From NCBI GenBank assembly GCA_005798825.1, contig SYIL01000018.1, positions 134,163 to 198,162 on the forward strand: a stretch of 64,000 nucleotides of DNA, in the 5' to 3' direction. The stretch's first letter is position 1. Every line of letters starts with the position of its first letter. Source of the DNA: Bacteroidota bacterium (GTDB taxonomy: Bacteria; Bacteroidota; Bacteroidia; NS11-12g; UBA955). The position numbers were made by a program, and so were the translations under genes. Shown here piece after piece: positions 38,245-48,491 of this stretch. A model generated the notes under the pieces. It was not told the DNA's origin, ran no database searches, and saw only the letters and a list, made by a program, of their open reading frames with translations.

Positions 38245-39705
38245 ATGAGACTACTTTCTAAACTCAGTGCAAGCATCCCCATTATCGGCCGATATGGCAA
38301 GGGTGATACCGGCATTGGTGGTGTTCAGATTGACAGCAGGGAAGTACAAAAAGACAATCTGTATGCGGCAATGATTGGGGGCACAGTCGATGGACACGAA
38401 TTTATCGAACAATGCATTGAAAAAGGCGCCACTGCAATTCTATGCAGTAAACTTCCCAAAACAATCAACCCATCTGTTTGCTATGTTTTGGTCGAAAACG
38501 TGGCCGAGGCCTTGGGAGAGATTTGCCTTAATTTCCACGATCGTAAAATAGAAAACCTGAGCATCATTGGTGTTGGCGGAACGAATGGAAAAACCTCGGT
38601 ATGTACCCTTCTTTTCGATTTGTTTAGCCTTCGAAAACATACTTGTGGATTAATTTCTACAGTTGAAAATCGCATCGGGAAAAAAATACTATCCGCCACC
38701 CATACCACTCCCAATATTATCGCATTGCACTCCCTTCTCGCCGATATGGTCGATGCAGGATGCAACTACTGTTTTATGGAAGTTAGTTCTCATGCAATTG
38801 AACAGAACCGGATTGCGGGATTGCCATTTTTGGGGGGTGTGTTTACCAATATTACCCATGACCATCTCGATTACCACAAAACGTTTGAAAATTATATTAA
38901 GGCGAAAAAACAATTTTTCGATAGGCTGCCCTCCACGGCATTTGCCATCACCAATAAGGATGATAAAAATGGAATGATCATGCTACAGAATACCAAAGCA
39001 ATGCGGTATACCTATGCGATGAAACAAAGTGCCGATTTTACCGTCCGTATCCGCGAAAATGACTTTTCTGGAATGCAATTGCAATTAAACCAGCAAGAAT
39101 TCTGGACTTCGCTTATCGGTGAATTTAATGCCTATAATATCTGCGCCGTTTATGCAACTGCATTTTTATTGAGCAATGGCGACGATTCCTTGGCTATTCA
39201 AATCAGCGCCCTAGGCAAAGTGAATGGCAGATTTGAGGTAATACAAGGACCCCGTAACATAACAGCCATTGTAGATTATGCCCACACCCCTGACGCATTA
39301 AAAAATGTAATTCAAACCATCAATACGATTCGAAAAAATAGTGTGCATTTAATCACTGTTTTTGGATGTGGTGGCAACAGAGATCAGGCAAAACGACCTG
39401 AAATGGCCCGGATTGCCTCTGAACTTAGCAATACAGTAATACTGACAAGCGACAACCCAAGACTTGAAGAACCCAGTGCAATTATAGAACAAATGGGACT
39501 CGGCGTGGCTGGACAAAATTTTAAACGCATATTAAAGATTGTTGACCGCAGAGAGGCTATCAAAACAGCTTGCATGTTGGCAAATCCCGGTGACATTGTG
39601 TTGGTAGCCGGTAAAGGACATGAAACATACCAAGATATCAACGGAACAAAATACCCCTTTGACGATAAAATTATACTAAAAGAATCTTTCGAACTACTCG
39701 GCTAA
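38245..39705 (+). CDS. murE: UDP-MurNAc-dipeptide--meso-DAP ligase
   Basis: GTNGKT, MEVSSHA, DYAHTPDAL, DNPR (DAP-specific motif), AGKGHE. Confidence 0.97.
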   Translation: MRLLSKLSASIPIIGRYGKGDTGIGGVQIDSREVQKDNLYAAMIGGTVDGHEFIEQCIEKGATAILCSKLPKTINPSVCYVLVENVAEALGEICLNFHDRKIENLSIIGVGGTNGKTSVCTLLFDLFSLRKHTCGLISTVENRIGKKILSATHTTPNIIALHSLLADMVDAGCNYCFMEVSSHAIEQNRIAGLPFLGGVFTNITHDHLDYHKTFENYIKAKKQFFDRLPSTAFAITNKDDKNGMIMLQNTKAMRYTYAMKQSADFTVRIRENDFSGMQLQLNQQEFWTSLIGEFNAYNICAVYATAFLLSNGDDSLAIQISALGKVNGRFEVIQGPRNITAIVDYAHTPDALKNVIQTINTIRKNSVHLITVFGCGGNRDQAKRPEMARIASELSNTVILTSDNPRLEEPSAIIEQMGLGVAGQNFKRILKIVDRREAIKTACMLANPGDIVLVAGKGHETYQDINGTKYPFDDKIILKESFELLG

Positions 39706-39709
39706 AACT

Positions 39710-40843
39710 ATGTTATACTTCTTGTTTGAATACCTCGATAAATATGGCTTGATTGGAGCAGGCGTGTTTAAATATATCTCCTTCAGGGCATCACTTGCTG
39801 GAATTCTAAGTTTGCTTATATCCTTAATTGCCGGAAAGAAAATAATCAATTTTTTGCAAAAAAAACAAATTGGAGAAAGCATCCGCGACCTGGGATTAGA
39901 GGGTCAAATAGAGAAAAAAGGAACCCCAACAATGGGAGGTATTATTATCCTCATTGCCATCATAATTCCAACATTATTACTAGCAAAACTCAATAATGTT
40001 TATGTGATTTTAATGATTGTGAGTACGATTTGGATGGGCATGATTGGCATTGTAGATGATTATATAAAAATATTCAAAAAAGACAAAAAGGGAATGAAGG
40101 CCAGCACCAAACTGGTTGGACAGTTGGTATTGGGAGCCATTATCGCAATAACCATAGATTATACCCATACATTATCCCATATAGATCTTTCTACCAATCT
40201 TCCCATAACGAAGAATATTCTAAACTACTCAGATCTAATTCCAGGGGCTCACAATGCCTGGATCATATTTATTCCCATGATCGTAATTGTGAGCATGGCT
40301 GTGACAAATTCTGTGAATTTAACAGATGGAATTGATGGTTTGGCCGCAGGTACGAGTGCTATTGTTGGTGTTGGATTGGTGGTATTGGCATATGCCGCAG
40401 GAAATTTTAAAATGGCACAATATCTCAATATTATATTCGTGCCCAACAGCGGAGAAGTTGTCATTTTCTTGGCAGCAATGATTGGGGCCTGCTTGGGCTT
40501 TCTGTGGTACAATGGATATCCTGCGCAAGTTTTTATGGGTGATACTGGATCTATGGCCCTGGGTGGTGCGATTGCTGCCGTCGCCATTATCATCAAAATG
40601 GAGCTTATGCTACCCATTTTATGTGGTATTTTCTTCACCGAAAGCGCATCGGTAATTATTCAAGTAGGGTATTTCAAATACACAAAATTTCGATTCGGAG
40701 AGGGGCGCCGTGTGTTTTTAATGTCGCCTATCCACCACCACTTTCAAAAGAAAAATATTCCCGAAAGCAAAATCACAATTCGATTTTGGCTGATTACCAT
40801 CATACTTGTTTTAGCAACCCTGGCATTGATAAAATTGCGTTGA
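39710..40843 (+). CDS. mraY: Phospho-MurNAc-pentapeptide transferase
   Basis: KKGTPTMGG, NLTDGIDGL, VFMGDTGS, PIHHHFQ. Confidence 0.97.
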   Translation: MLYFLFEYLDKYGLIGAGVFKYISFRASLAGILSLLISLIAGKKIINFLQKKQIGESIRDLGLEGQIEKKGTPTMGGIIILIAIIIPTLLLAKLNNVYVILMIVSTIWMGMIGIVDDYIKIFKKDKKGMKASTKLVGQLVLGAIIAITIDYTHTLSHIDLSTNLPITKNILNYSDLIPGAHNAWIIFIPMIVIVSMAVTNSVNLTDGIDGLAAGTSAIVGVGLVVLAYAAGNFKMAQYLNIIFVPNSGEVVIFLAAMIGACLGFLWYNGYPAQVFMGDTGSMALGGAIAAVAIIIKMELMLPILCGIFFTESASVIIQVGYFKYTKFRFGEGRRVFLMSPIHHHFQKKNIPESKITIRFWLITIILVLATLALIKLR

Positions 40844-42174
40844 GAAAAAGACTCGTCATATTGGGTGGAGCAGAAAGCGGAACAGGTGCTGCTGTATTGG
40901 GCGATGCCCAACACTGGGATGTATTTGTTTCGGACATTGGTCGCATTCAACCAAAATACCAAGATGAACTTAATCTTCACAGTATTGCATGGGAACAAGG
41001 GCAACACAGCGAAACCAAAATACTCAATGCGAATCTTATAGTCAAAAGTCCAGGTATACCAAAAACAGCAGCCATCGTTCAAAAAGCCATTGAAAAAGGG
41101 ATTCAAATCATCGATGAATTGGAATTTGCTTTTTGGTATTCAAGTGCCACATTCATTGGAATTACGGGGACTAATGGCAAAACAACCACCACATTGCTGA
41201 CCTATCACATTTTAAAACAAGCTGGTTTCAACGTAGGACTGGCTGGAAATATAGGTCGGTCTTTGGCGAGACAAGTAGCAGAAAACGACTATTCAGTCTA
41301 TGTAGTTGAAATGAGTAGTTTTCAATTGGATGGCATCGATACTTATAAAAGCCACATAGCCATTCTTTGCAATATAAGCCCAGACCACTTGGATCGTTAC
41401 GAGGGTCAATTTTCGCAATACATAGACAGCAAAATGCGAATAACCCGCAACCAATCAAAAGACGACTATTTTATATACTGTGCCGACGATAAAAACACGG
41501 CCGAGGGCATCAAACGAAACCCTCCCCTTTCTCAGCAATTGCCATTCAGTCTTCATAAAATTCAAACCCAAGGGGCATGGGCAATAGCCAATATCCTTCA
41601 CATAAACATAAATAAACAATATACACTCAATATGCAAGATTCAACCCTTAAAGGGCAACACAATGCCTACAACAGCATGGCAGCCGCCATGGCTAGTCGT
41701 CTAATGGATGTCCGTAAAGAAAGCATCCGCGAGAGTTTCACCAACTTCCAAAATGCAGAGCACCGCTTGGAGTTTGTTCAAAAAGTGCAGGGTGTCGAAT
41801 ACATCAACGACAGCAAGGCCACGAATGTGAATTCGGCGTGGTTTGCACTGGAAAGTATGAACCGTCCAGTGATATGGATTGCGGGGGGGGTCGACAAAGG
41901 CAATAACTATGACGATTTAAAACAACTCGTAAAGAGCAAAGTCAAAATGATTATATGTCTGGGTTTGGACAATATCAAGATTCACCAAGCATTCCAAAAT
42001 GATGTGGATTTGATAATCAATACCACCAGTGCCAAAGAGGCGGTTCATGTTGCCTCCAGAATGGCTAAAATGGGCGATGTTGCCTTGCTTTCTCCCGCTT
42101 GTGCAAGCTTCGACTTGTTTGATAGCTACGAGGATAGAGGTCGGCAATTTAAAGAGGCAGTCCATAACCTTTAA
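40840..42174 (+). CDS. murD: UDP-MurNAc-L-Ala--D-Glu ligase (TTG start)
   Basis: MRKRLVILGGAESG from TTG 40840, overlapping the mraY stop; GTNGKTTT, EMSSFQL, NDSKATN, SPACASFD. Confidence 0.96.
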   Translation: MRKRLVILGGAESGTGAAVLGDAQHWDVFVSDIGRIQPKYQDELNLHSIAWEQGQHSETKILNANLIVKSPGIPKTAAIVQKAIEKGIQIIDELEFAFWYSSATFIGITGTNGKTTTTLLTYHILKQAGFNVGLAGNIGRSLARQVAENDYSVYVVEMSSFQLDGIDTYKSHIAILCNISPDHLDRYEGQFSQYIDSKMRITRNQSKDDYFIYCADDKNTAEGIKRNPPLSQQLPFSLHKIQTQGAWAIANILHININKQYTLNMQDSTLKGQHNAYNSMAAAMASRLMDVRKESIRESFTNFQNAEHRLEFVQKVQGVEYINDSKATNVNSAWFALESMNRPVIWIAGGVDKGNNYDDLKQLVKSKVKMIICLGLDNIKIHQAFQNDVDLIINTTSAKEAVHVASRMAKMGDVALLSPACASFDLFDSYEDRGRQFKEAVHNL

Positions 42175-42177
42175 TCC

Positions 42178-43347
42178 ATGAATAACCGGTTCACATCCCA
42201 ATTTAAAGGCGATAAATGGATATGGAGCATTGTCGTCATTTTGTCGCTGATTGGAATCCTTGCTGTATACAGCTCAACGGGGGCATTGGCATATTCAGAA
42301 CAAAAAGGAGATACAGAATGGTATTTTCTCCGCCATACAAGATTTTTGCTCATTGGACTCGTTCTGTTGTATATAACCCACCATATCCCCTTTCAATACT
42401 ATGCCCGTATTTCACAGATTTTTCTTCTCGTTTCAATAGGCCTATTGTTTGCTACATTGTTTATTGGATCAGAGCTTAACAATGCAACGAGAGTCCTTCC
42501 GATTCCCCTATTGGGCATTACATTCCAACCCTCTGATATGGCAAAACTTTTTTTGGTCATGTATATTGCAAGATACCTCAGCAAAAACCAATCTGAAATT
42601 GATAGCCCACGTGTTTTTTGGACTACTCTTGTCTATATTCTGGTTGTTGTACTGCTGATTGCCCCCGAAAATTTGAGCACAGCACTGGTCGTTTTTGTGA
42701 CCTGTTCATTACTGATGTTTATTGGACGGGTTAATGTTAAATACCTGCTATTTTTATTGTTTTCCGGATGCGGATTACTCTCAATTTTTGTGGTGGTTTT
42801 ATTAAATCTAAATACGGCAAATATGGAAAATACCCGTATTCCTACATGGAAACAACGCATCGAAACGTTTATGGGCCGTGACGAAGGAGAAGGGAATTAC
42901 CAACAATTACAATCGAAGATTGCGGTGTCATCGGGAGGAATATTGGGCAAGGGACCCGGAAACTCAACCCAACGCAATTACCTCCCCCATTCTTATTCTG
43001 ACTTTATATACGCAATCATTATAGAAGAATATGGATTGTTGGGCGGATTGCTTGTAATGGGATGTTTTTTGGTATTGATCTTTCGCTGTTCAAAAATTGT
43101 AGGCGAAAGTCCGCGCGCCTTCGGCGCGCTGGTGGCCATAGGCCTTGGCCTCAGCATTAGTCTGCAAGCTTTCGTCAACATGGGTGTAGCAGTAGGCTTA
43201 TTACCTGTTACGGGTCTGACCATACCCATGGTAAGTATGGGAGGCACCAGTATTTTTATGAATAGCATCGCGTTTGGAATTATTCTCGGCATCAGCAAAC
43301 ATGCACAAGAAGAAAAAGAAAAAGAAGGTCTTTTAGCAGGAATATGA
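42178..43347 (+). CDS. ftsW: Cell division SEDS protein
   Basis: Multi-TM, FQPSDMAK, YQQLQS, PHSYSDFI, GLLPVTG, SMGGTS. Confidence 0.95.
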   Translation: MNNRFTSQFKGDKWIWSIVVILSLIGILAVYSSTGALAYSEQKGDTEWYFLRHTRFLLIGLVLLYITHHIPFQYYARISQIFLLVSIGLLFATLFIGSELNNATRVLPIPLLGITFQPSDMAKLFLVMYIARYLSKNQSEIDSPRVFWTTLVYILVVVLLIAPENLSTALVVFVTCSLLMFIGRVNVKYLLFLLFSGCGLLSIFVVVLLNLNTANMENTRIPTWKQRIETFMGRDEGEGNYQQLQSKIAVSSGGILGKGPGNSTQRNYLPHSYSDFIYAIIIEEYGLLGGLLVMGCFLVLIFRCSKIVGESPRAFGALVAIGLGLSISLQAFVNMGVAVGLLPVTGLTIPMVSMGGTSIFMNSIAFGIILGISKHAQEEKEKEGLLAGI

Positions 43348-44669
43348 TTGTACCCATTAACCATGGCCGAAAATACAAATTTATCCTCAGTGGTGGGGGT
43401 ACAGGCGGACACATATTTCCGGCTATCGCCATTGCGAACGCCCTAAAAAATCGTTTCCCGGATGCCGAGTTTTTATTTGTTGGAGCACTGGGCAAGATGG
43501 AAATGGAAAAGGTACCGAAAGAAGGCTATGAAATTCTTGGACTGCCAATAGAAGGTCTCAAACGTTCGGCCTCTCCCCGCAACTTGCTCGTATTGATCAA
43601 AACCCTATACAGTTTTTTGCTCGCACGGAAAATCTTGAAAAAATTCAAACCCAGTGCTGTCGTAGGAACAGGTGGTTATGCAAGTTTGCCCATTTGTTTT
43701 ATGGCAACAATGGCCAAAATCCCCACCATTTTACAAGAACAGAATGGGTATGCAGGACTCAGCAACCGAATACTTGCAAACAAAGCATCTATGATTTGTA
43801 CGGGTTTCCCTGAAATGCAAACTTTTTTTACCAAAGGGAATTGGGTGTTTACAGGCAATCCAGTCCGAGAGAATATTCGAGCCATCGGACTGATTACAAA
43901 TCCGTTTTTAGAAACTGGGAAAAAAACAGACACAGCCATGGGGTCTTCAACCATTGACTCGGGCAAACAAAATGAAGTCACTGAAATAGTGAATGATGCC
44001 CAAAAAGCCCTCATGCAAGAAGAAAAGGGGTCTGCCACGAAGAAAAAAGCCATTGCAGTAGCAGCAGCAAAAACAAAATTTGGACTCGACCCGAATCTAC
44101 CTGTTCTTTTTGTGACTGGAGGAAGCTTGGGTGCCCTGAGCATCAATGAAGCCCTGTTTTCAAACATTGTATTGTTGGCGAAATCCGGAATCCAACTCAT
44201 TTGGCAAATGGGCTTAGCTTATGCAAAGTCTCATACCCAAGCCATTGCTGATATCATAGAAAATGAAGCTGAATTTTTTATAACCGAAACCTCATCTCAT
44301 ATATTTTATGCCCCCTTCATTGTTGAAATGGATCAAGCCTATCTCGCAGCTGACATTGTTATTTCACGAGCCGGTGCCCTGAGTATTGCCGAAATTGCCG
44401 TGGTAGGTGCACCTGCAATCTTTGTTCCATCGCCCAACGTCACCGATGACCACCAAACCAAAAATGCCATGGAATTGGTAAACCGCCATGCCGCATTATG
44501 CATTGCAGATAATGCTGCAGCCAAACAACTTATTGCTACCGCGATTTCATTATTAAAAGACTCCGAAAAACAGGCGTCCATAAAACAGGCCCTACTCAGT
44601 ATTGCCAAACCATTGGCTACCCAAACCATTGCAACGATTATTGAAGAATGTATCAAGAAAAAAGCTTAG
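43344..44669 (+). CDS. murG: Lipid II GlcNAc transferase with a large internal insertion
   Basis: GGGTGGHIFPA, GTGGYAS, TGNPVR, GGSLGA, SRAGA, DHQTKNA; 441 aa. Confidence 0.96.
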   Translation: MIVPINHGRKYKFILSGGGTGGHIFPAIAIANALKNRFPDAEFLFVGALGKMEMEKVPKEGYEILGLPIEGLKRSASPRNLLVLIKTLYSFLLARKILKKFKPSAVVGTGGYASLPICFMATMAKIPTILQEQNGYAGLSNRILANKASMICTGFPEMQTFFTKGNWVFTGNPVRENIRAIGLITNPFLETGKKTDTAMGSSTIDSGKQNEVTEIVNDAQKALMQEEKGSATKKKAIAVAAAKTKFGLDPNLPVLFVTGGSLGALSINEALFSNIVLLAKSGIQLIWQMGLAYAKSHTQAIADIIENEAEFFITETSSHIFYAPFIVEMDQAYLAADIVISRAGALSIAEIAVVGAPAIFVPSPNVTDDHQTKNAMELVNRHAALCIADNAAAKQLIATAISLLKDSEKQASIKQALLSIAKPLATQTIATIIEECIKKKA

Positions 44670-46285
44670 CGCAATACCAACAATCCTATTTTTTGGGTAT
44701 CGGTGGAATCGGTATGAGTGCGATTGCCCGCTATTTTCTTTCCCTTCAACTACCCGTATATGGATATGATAAAACTCCAAGCGTACTGACCGAAAATTTG
44801 GTAAGCGAAGGGGCTTCTATTTCCTTTTCCGATGCAGTGATTGACTTGCCGGAAGCCGTAATCAAGGGCATACACAATACCCTGTTTATTCTTACGCCCG
44901 CAATACCAAAAGATCACCCACAATGGATTTGGTTACTAGAACACGGTGCCATTATCCAAAAAAGAGCTGAGGTTTTAGGATTTATTGCCAAAAAAAGTTT
45001 TTGCATCGCTGTTGCAGGAACCCACGGAAAAACAACCACTTCAACCTTAATTGCCCACCTTCTCCATGGCTGCAATATCAATTTCACTGCTTTTTTGGGT
45101 GGGATTTCTTCGAATTTTAACAGCAACTATATTCGGCATATTAACGGCATTGATTTATTCCAAGGAAAGGCAAATAAAGAAATTATTGTATTAGAAGCAG
45201 ATGAATTCGACCGCAGTTTTCATCGACTACGTCCAGACTTGGCCATCATAACTGCCATTGATCCTGATCACCTGGATATCTATGAAAATGCGGAAGCGTT
45301 TACAGAAGCCTTTGTCCATTTTGCAAGCCTAATAAGCCCTTCTGATGAAATAACCCCAGGCGATTTCTCTGGTAAAAATGCCAGCAAGAAATTTGCCAGT
45401 GCAGAAAACGAAGATCAAACAACACAAGATTTGTCCTTCGGGGAAGAAAATGAAACCATCGAATCAAATACCTATGGCAATAAGCAAACAAAAAAGCCAA
45501 GGGTTGGAAAACCAGCATTGAATCTGCCCGTAAACAAGCCACATGGGGCAGGATTGGTTATACAAGAATCCATCCATATAACTACCCATAAATCTATCGA
45601 AAAATGCACCTATGGATTGGGTGTGAATGCACTGTTTCGTGCAGATAAGGTTCTAGTAGAACAAGGATATTATTGCTTTGATTTTATATATGGTGGCCAC
45701 TTCCTTGGTCGCTTCCGTTGTGGATTAGCAGGCCATCATAATGTACAGAATACCCTGGCTGCATTGGGAATTTGCCATGGATTTTTAGGTCTTCCGATTA
45801 CAGAATTACAAGAAGGAATTGCATCATTTAAGGGTGCCAAACGACGTTTCGAAACCATTGTAAGCACAGACAAGTATGTCGTTATCGATGATTACGCTCA
45901 CCATCCTGAGGAGATAAAAGCCATTGTTCATTCGGTACGTACGCTATACCCCAACAAACACATTACAGGATTATTTCAGCCGCATTTGTTTAGCAGAACA
46001 AAAGATTTCGCACAAGAATTTGCCGAGAGTTTATCTGCGCTCGATACGGTGTGGTTAATGGATATTTATCCAGCACGCGAGAATCCCATACCCGGAATAA
46101 CAAGTACCTGGCTATTAGAAATGATTTTAAATCCCCGAAAATATCTCCTTACAGCGAATCAGATTCATACAGAAATACACAATTCTCCTCCAGAACTGCT
46201 TCTTATTTTAGGTGCAGGCGATATAGACAGACTCATAGAACCCATCCGCAAACAATATGAAGAAATTTCAACTGGCCATCAGTAA
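44648..46285 (+). CDS. murC: UDP-MurNAc--L-Ala ligase with a large internal insertion
   Basis: GIGGIGMS, AGTHGKTTTS, EADEFDRSF, DDYAHHP, FQPHLFSRT; 545 aa. Confidence 0.96.
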   Translation: MYQEKSLAQYQQSYFLGIGGIGMSAIARYFLSLQLPVYGYDKTPSVLTENLVSEGASISFSDAVIDLPEAVIKGIHNTLFILTPAIPKDHPQWIWLLEHGAIIQKRAEVLGFIAKKSFCIAVAGTHGKTTTSTLIAHLLHGCNINFTAFLGGISSNFNSNYIRHINGIDLFQGKANKEIIVLEADEFDRSFHRLRPDLAIITAIDPDHLDIYENAEAFTEAFVHFASLISPSDEITPGDFSGKNASKKFASAENEDQTTQDLSFGEENETIESNTYGNKQTKKPRVGKPALNLPVNKPHGAGLVIQESIHITTHKSIEKCTYGLGVNALFRADKVLVEQGYYCFDFIYGGHFLGRFRCGLAGHHNVQNTLAALGICHGFLGLPITELQEGIASFKGAKRRFETIVSTDKYVVIDDYAHHPEEIKAIVHSVRTLYPNKHITGLFQPHLFSRTKDFAQEFAESLSALDTVWLMDIYPARENPIPGITSTWLLEMILNPRKYLLTANQIHTEIHNSPPELLLILGAGDIDRLIEPIRKQYEEISTGHQ

Positions 46286-47090
46286 ACAGCAATGGATGAT
46301 TGGCATCTTGGTATCACTGATTGTGATCGTGGCCATTCTGTGGGTATCCTTCTCAGGAAAATCAGCAAACAGGGTAATACAAGGCGTTGAAATTTCACTT
46401 GTACCCGACAAAAATCCACTTTTAATCACAAAAAAAATTATTTACGATTCAATTGTTTCGGTTGTTGGAAATCCAACTGGTATCAATGCAAGTGCCCTCA
46501 ATATTTCATTGCTCGAATCGAAACTCAAACAAATTCCGACTCTCCGAAAAGCCGAAGTGTATTTGAGACTCGATGGAATTCTCAAAATACAAGCAGTGGA
46601 AAGAAGTCCTATAGCCCTGATCAAAAATCTACAGGGAGAGGAATTTTATATCGATACGCAAGGTGTTATGGTTCCAAACAAAAATTTTCGATTTTGCGAT
46701 GTTTTGATTGTGAATGGAAATATTTCCAATAAAATGAATGGAGGCAGAATTATGGGAGGGGAAATGGCAAAAAACATTCTCGCATTGGCCAAAATCGTAG
46801 CTTCCGACTCACTGTGGAACGCACAATTTCAACAATGCTATGTCGATAATTATAATGCTATGATTTTGATTCCCCGCATTGGAAAACATAGCATTGTTGT
46901 AGGCAACGGCTCAGAACTGGGTAAAAAGTTTGAAAACCTACGTCTTTTCTACTCACAAGGCTTAAAAGGCATGGGTTGGAATCGATATAAAACGATAGAC
47001 ATTTCAAACATTACACAAGTGCTAGGAATACGCTTTGGCCAACAAAGTATACACATAATAGAAAAAAAGTCTAAAAAATCAAACACTTGA
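46257..47090 (+). CDS. ftsQ: FtsQ/DivIB-like division protein
   Basis: N-terminal TM, POTRA-like region, YIDTQG; lies between murC and ftsA. Confidence 0.85.
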   Translation: MKKFQLAISKQQWMIGILVSLIVIVAILWVSFSGKSANRVIQGVEISLVPDKNPLLITKKIIYDSIVSVVGNPTGINASALNISLLESKLKQIPTLRKAEVYLRLDGILKIQAVERSPIALIKNLQGEEFYIDTQGVMVPNKNFRFCDVLIVNGNISNKMNGGRIMGGEMAKNILALAKIVASDSLWNAQFQQCYVDNYNAMILIPRIGKHSIVVGNGSELGKKFENLRLFYSQGLKGMGWNRYKTIDISNITQVLGIRFGQQSIHIIEKKSKKSNT

Positions 47091-47100
47091 AATATACAAT

Positions 47101-48480
47101 ATGAATACAAATAATAGAATAATCGTAGGACTCGATATCGGAACAACAAAAGTTTGTGCCATTGTGGGTCAGCTTTCCGAAAACGGTAAAATCAATGTCC
47201 TTGGAATTGGAAAATCACCCAGCCAAGGGGGTGTATCACGTGGGATGGTGGCCAATGTTGCCAAAGCCGTGACGGCCATCCAATCAGCAATCGAAGAAGC
47301 CATAAAACAAAGTGAGGTTGATATAAAAACAGTATTTGTGGGTATCGCCGGCCACCACATTAAAAGTTTACAACACCGCGGTACTTTGAGTCGCAAGCAA
47401 TGGGATATAGAAATTACCGAAGAAGAATTAAACAAGCTCGAAGAAGAAATGGAAAACCTCGCACTTTCGCCGGGCCTTGAAATTTTACATGTTCTTCCAC
47501 AAGAATATCGTATCGACGGAGAAGACGGAATTAAAGACCCGATTGGCCGGGTTGGGGTTCGGGTAGAATGCAATTACCATATTATTACAGGCGAGACGTC
47601 TGCAGCGAAAACAATTTTGATGGCGGTCCGCCGGGCAGGACTTGAAGTTGCAGATCTCATTGTTGAACCTGTTGCCTCTGCTGCTGCTGTATTGTCTGAA
47701 CCAGAAATGGAAGCGGGTGTTGCCCTGGTTGATATTGGGGGTGGTACAACGGATATTTGTATTTTTGACGATGGCTCTATTCGCCATACCGCAATTATAC
47801 CAATCGGTGGCGATCGAATCACCAAAGACTTACAAGAAGCCTTCGGAATTTTGAAAGACCAAGCCGAATATGTCAAAACACATTATGGAAGCTGTTACCC
47901 GACAGAAACTATGAAAAATGAAGTAGTGGTGGTGCCAGGCTTGCCTGGACGAAATGCAAAAGAAATTTCCCGATTTGCGATTTCGCAGGTGATTCAGGCC
48001 CGAATGGAAGATATCATACAAAAAGTCGATTTCGAAATTGTCGTTTCCGGTATACGCAATAAATTGTCTGGCGGATTGGTGCTGACAGGTGGAGGTTCAA
48101 GTATGAAAGACATTACACAATTGTTTAATTATTTTATTGGATTAGAAATACACATTGGAAGTCCTGGGCAACGATTGGGAAAAGGATTCATTGATGAGGT
48201 TAGAAATCCCATGTATGCAACCAGTATCGGATTGGTTATTAAAGGATTTGAATTGTCGCAGAAAAACGATGCATTGGTGGGAAATAACCAACAAATGTCA
48301 AAACAAGACACAATCGCTACTGGAGAATTTTTTGAAGAAACAGAAATGGAAACAATCCCAGAGCCGATACTTATACCCGAAGATAAAAAATCCAAGCCAA
48401 GAATCTTTGAAGGCGGCTGGAGTTTATTTAAAGAATGGATGGCAAATGGGGAAGATTTTAAAGATGATAAGAACTCTTAA
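47101..48480 (+). CDS. ftsA: Cell division protein FtsA
   Basis: VGLDIGTTKV, LVDIGGGTTD, LTGGGS, PMYATSIGL. Confidence 0.97.
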   Translation: MNTNNRIIVGLDIGTTKVCAIVGQLSENGKINVLGIGKSPSQGGVSRGMVANVAKAVTAIQSAIEEAIKQSEVDIKTVFVGIAGHHIKSLQHRGTLSRKQWDIEITEEELNKLEEEMENLALSPGLEILHVLPQEYRIDGEDGIKDPIGRVGVRVECNYHIITGETSAAKTILMAVRRAGLEVADLIVEPVASAAAVLSEPEMEAGVALVDIGGGTTDICIFDDGSIRHTAIIPIGGDRITKDLQEAFGILKDQAEYVKTHYGSCYPTETMKNEVVVVPGLPGRNAKEISRFAISQVIQARMEDIIQKVDFEIVVSGIRNKLSGGLVLTGGGSSMKDITQLFNYFIGLEIHIGSPGQRLGKGFIDEVRNPMYATSIGLVIKGFELSQKNDALVGNNQQMSKQDTIATGEFFEETEMETIPEPILIPEDKKSKPRIFEGGWSLFKEWMANGEDFKDDKNS

Positions 48481-48491
48481 TACCCAAGCGA

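Noticed and set aside
40621-40839. 73-aa N-terminal extension of MurD shown in the ORF track
   Set aside because: It lies inside mraY; a TTG at 40840 gives the canonical MRKRLVILGGAESG start.
41883-41890. G8 homopolymer as a phase-variation switch
   Set aside because: It encodes the conserved AGG of murD, an essential gene in which on/off switching is implausible.
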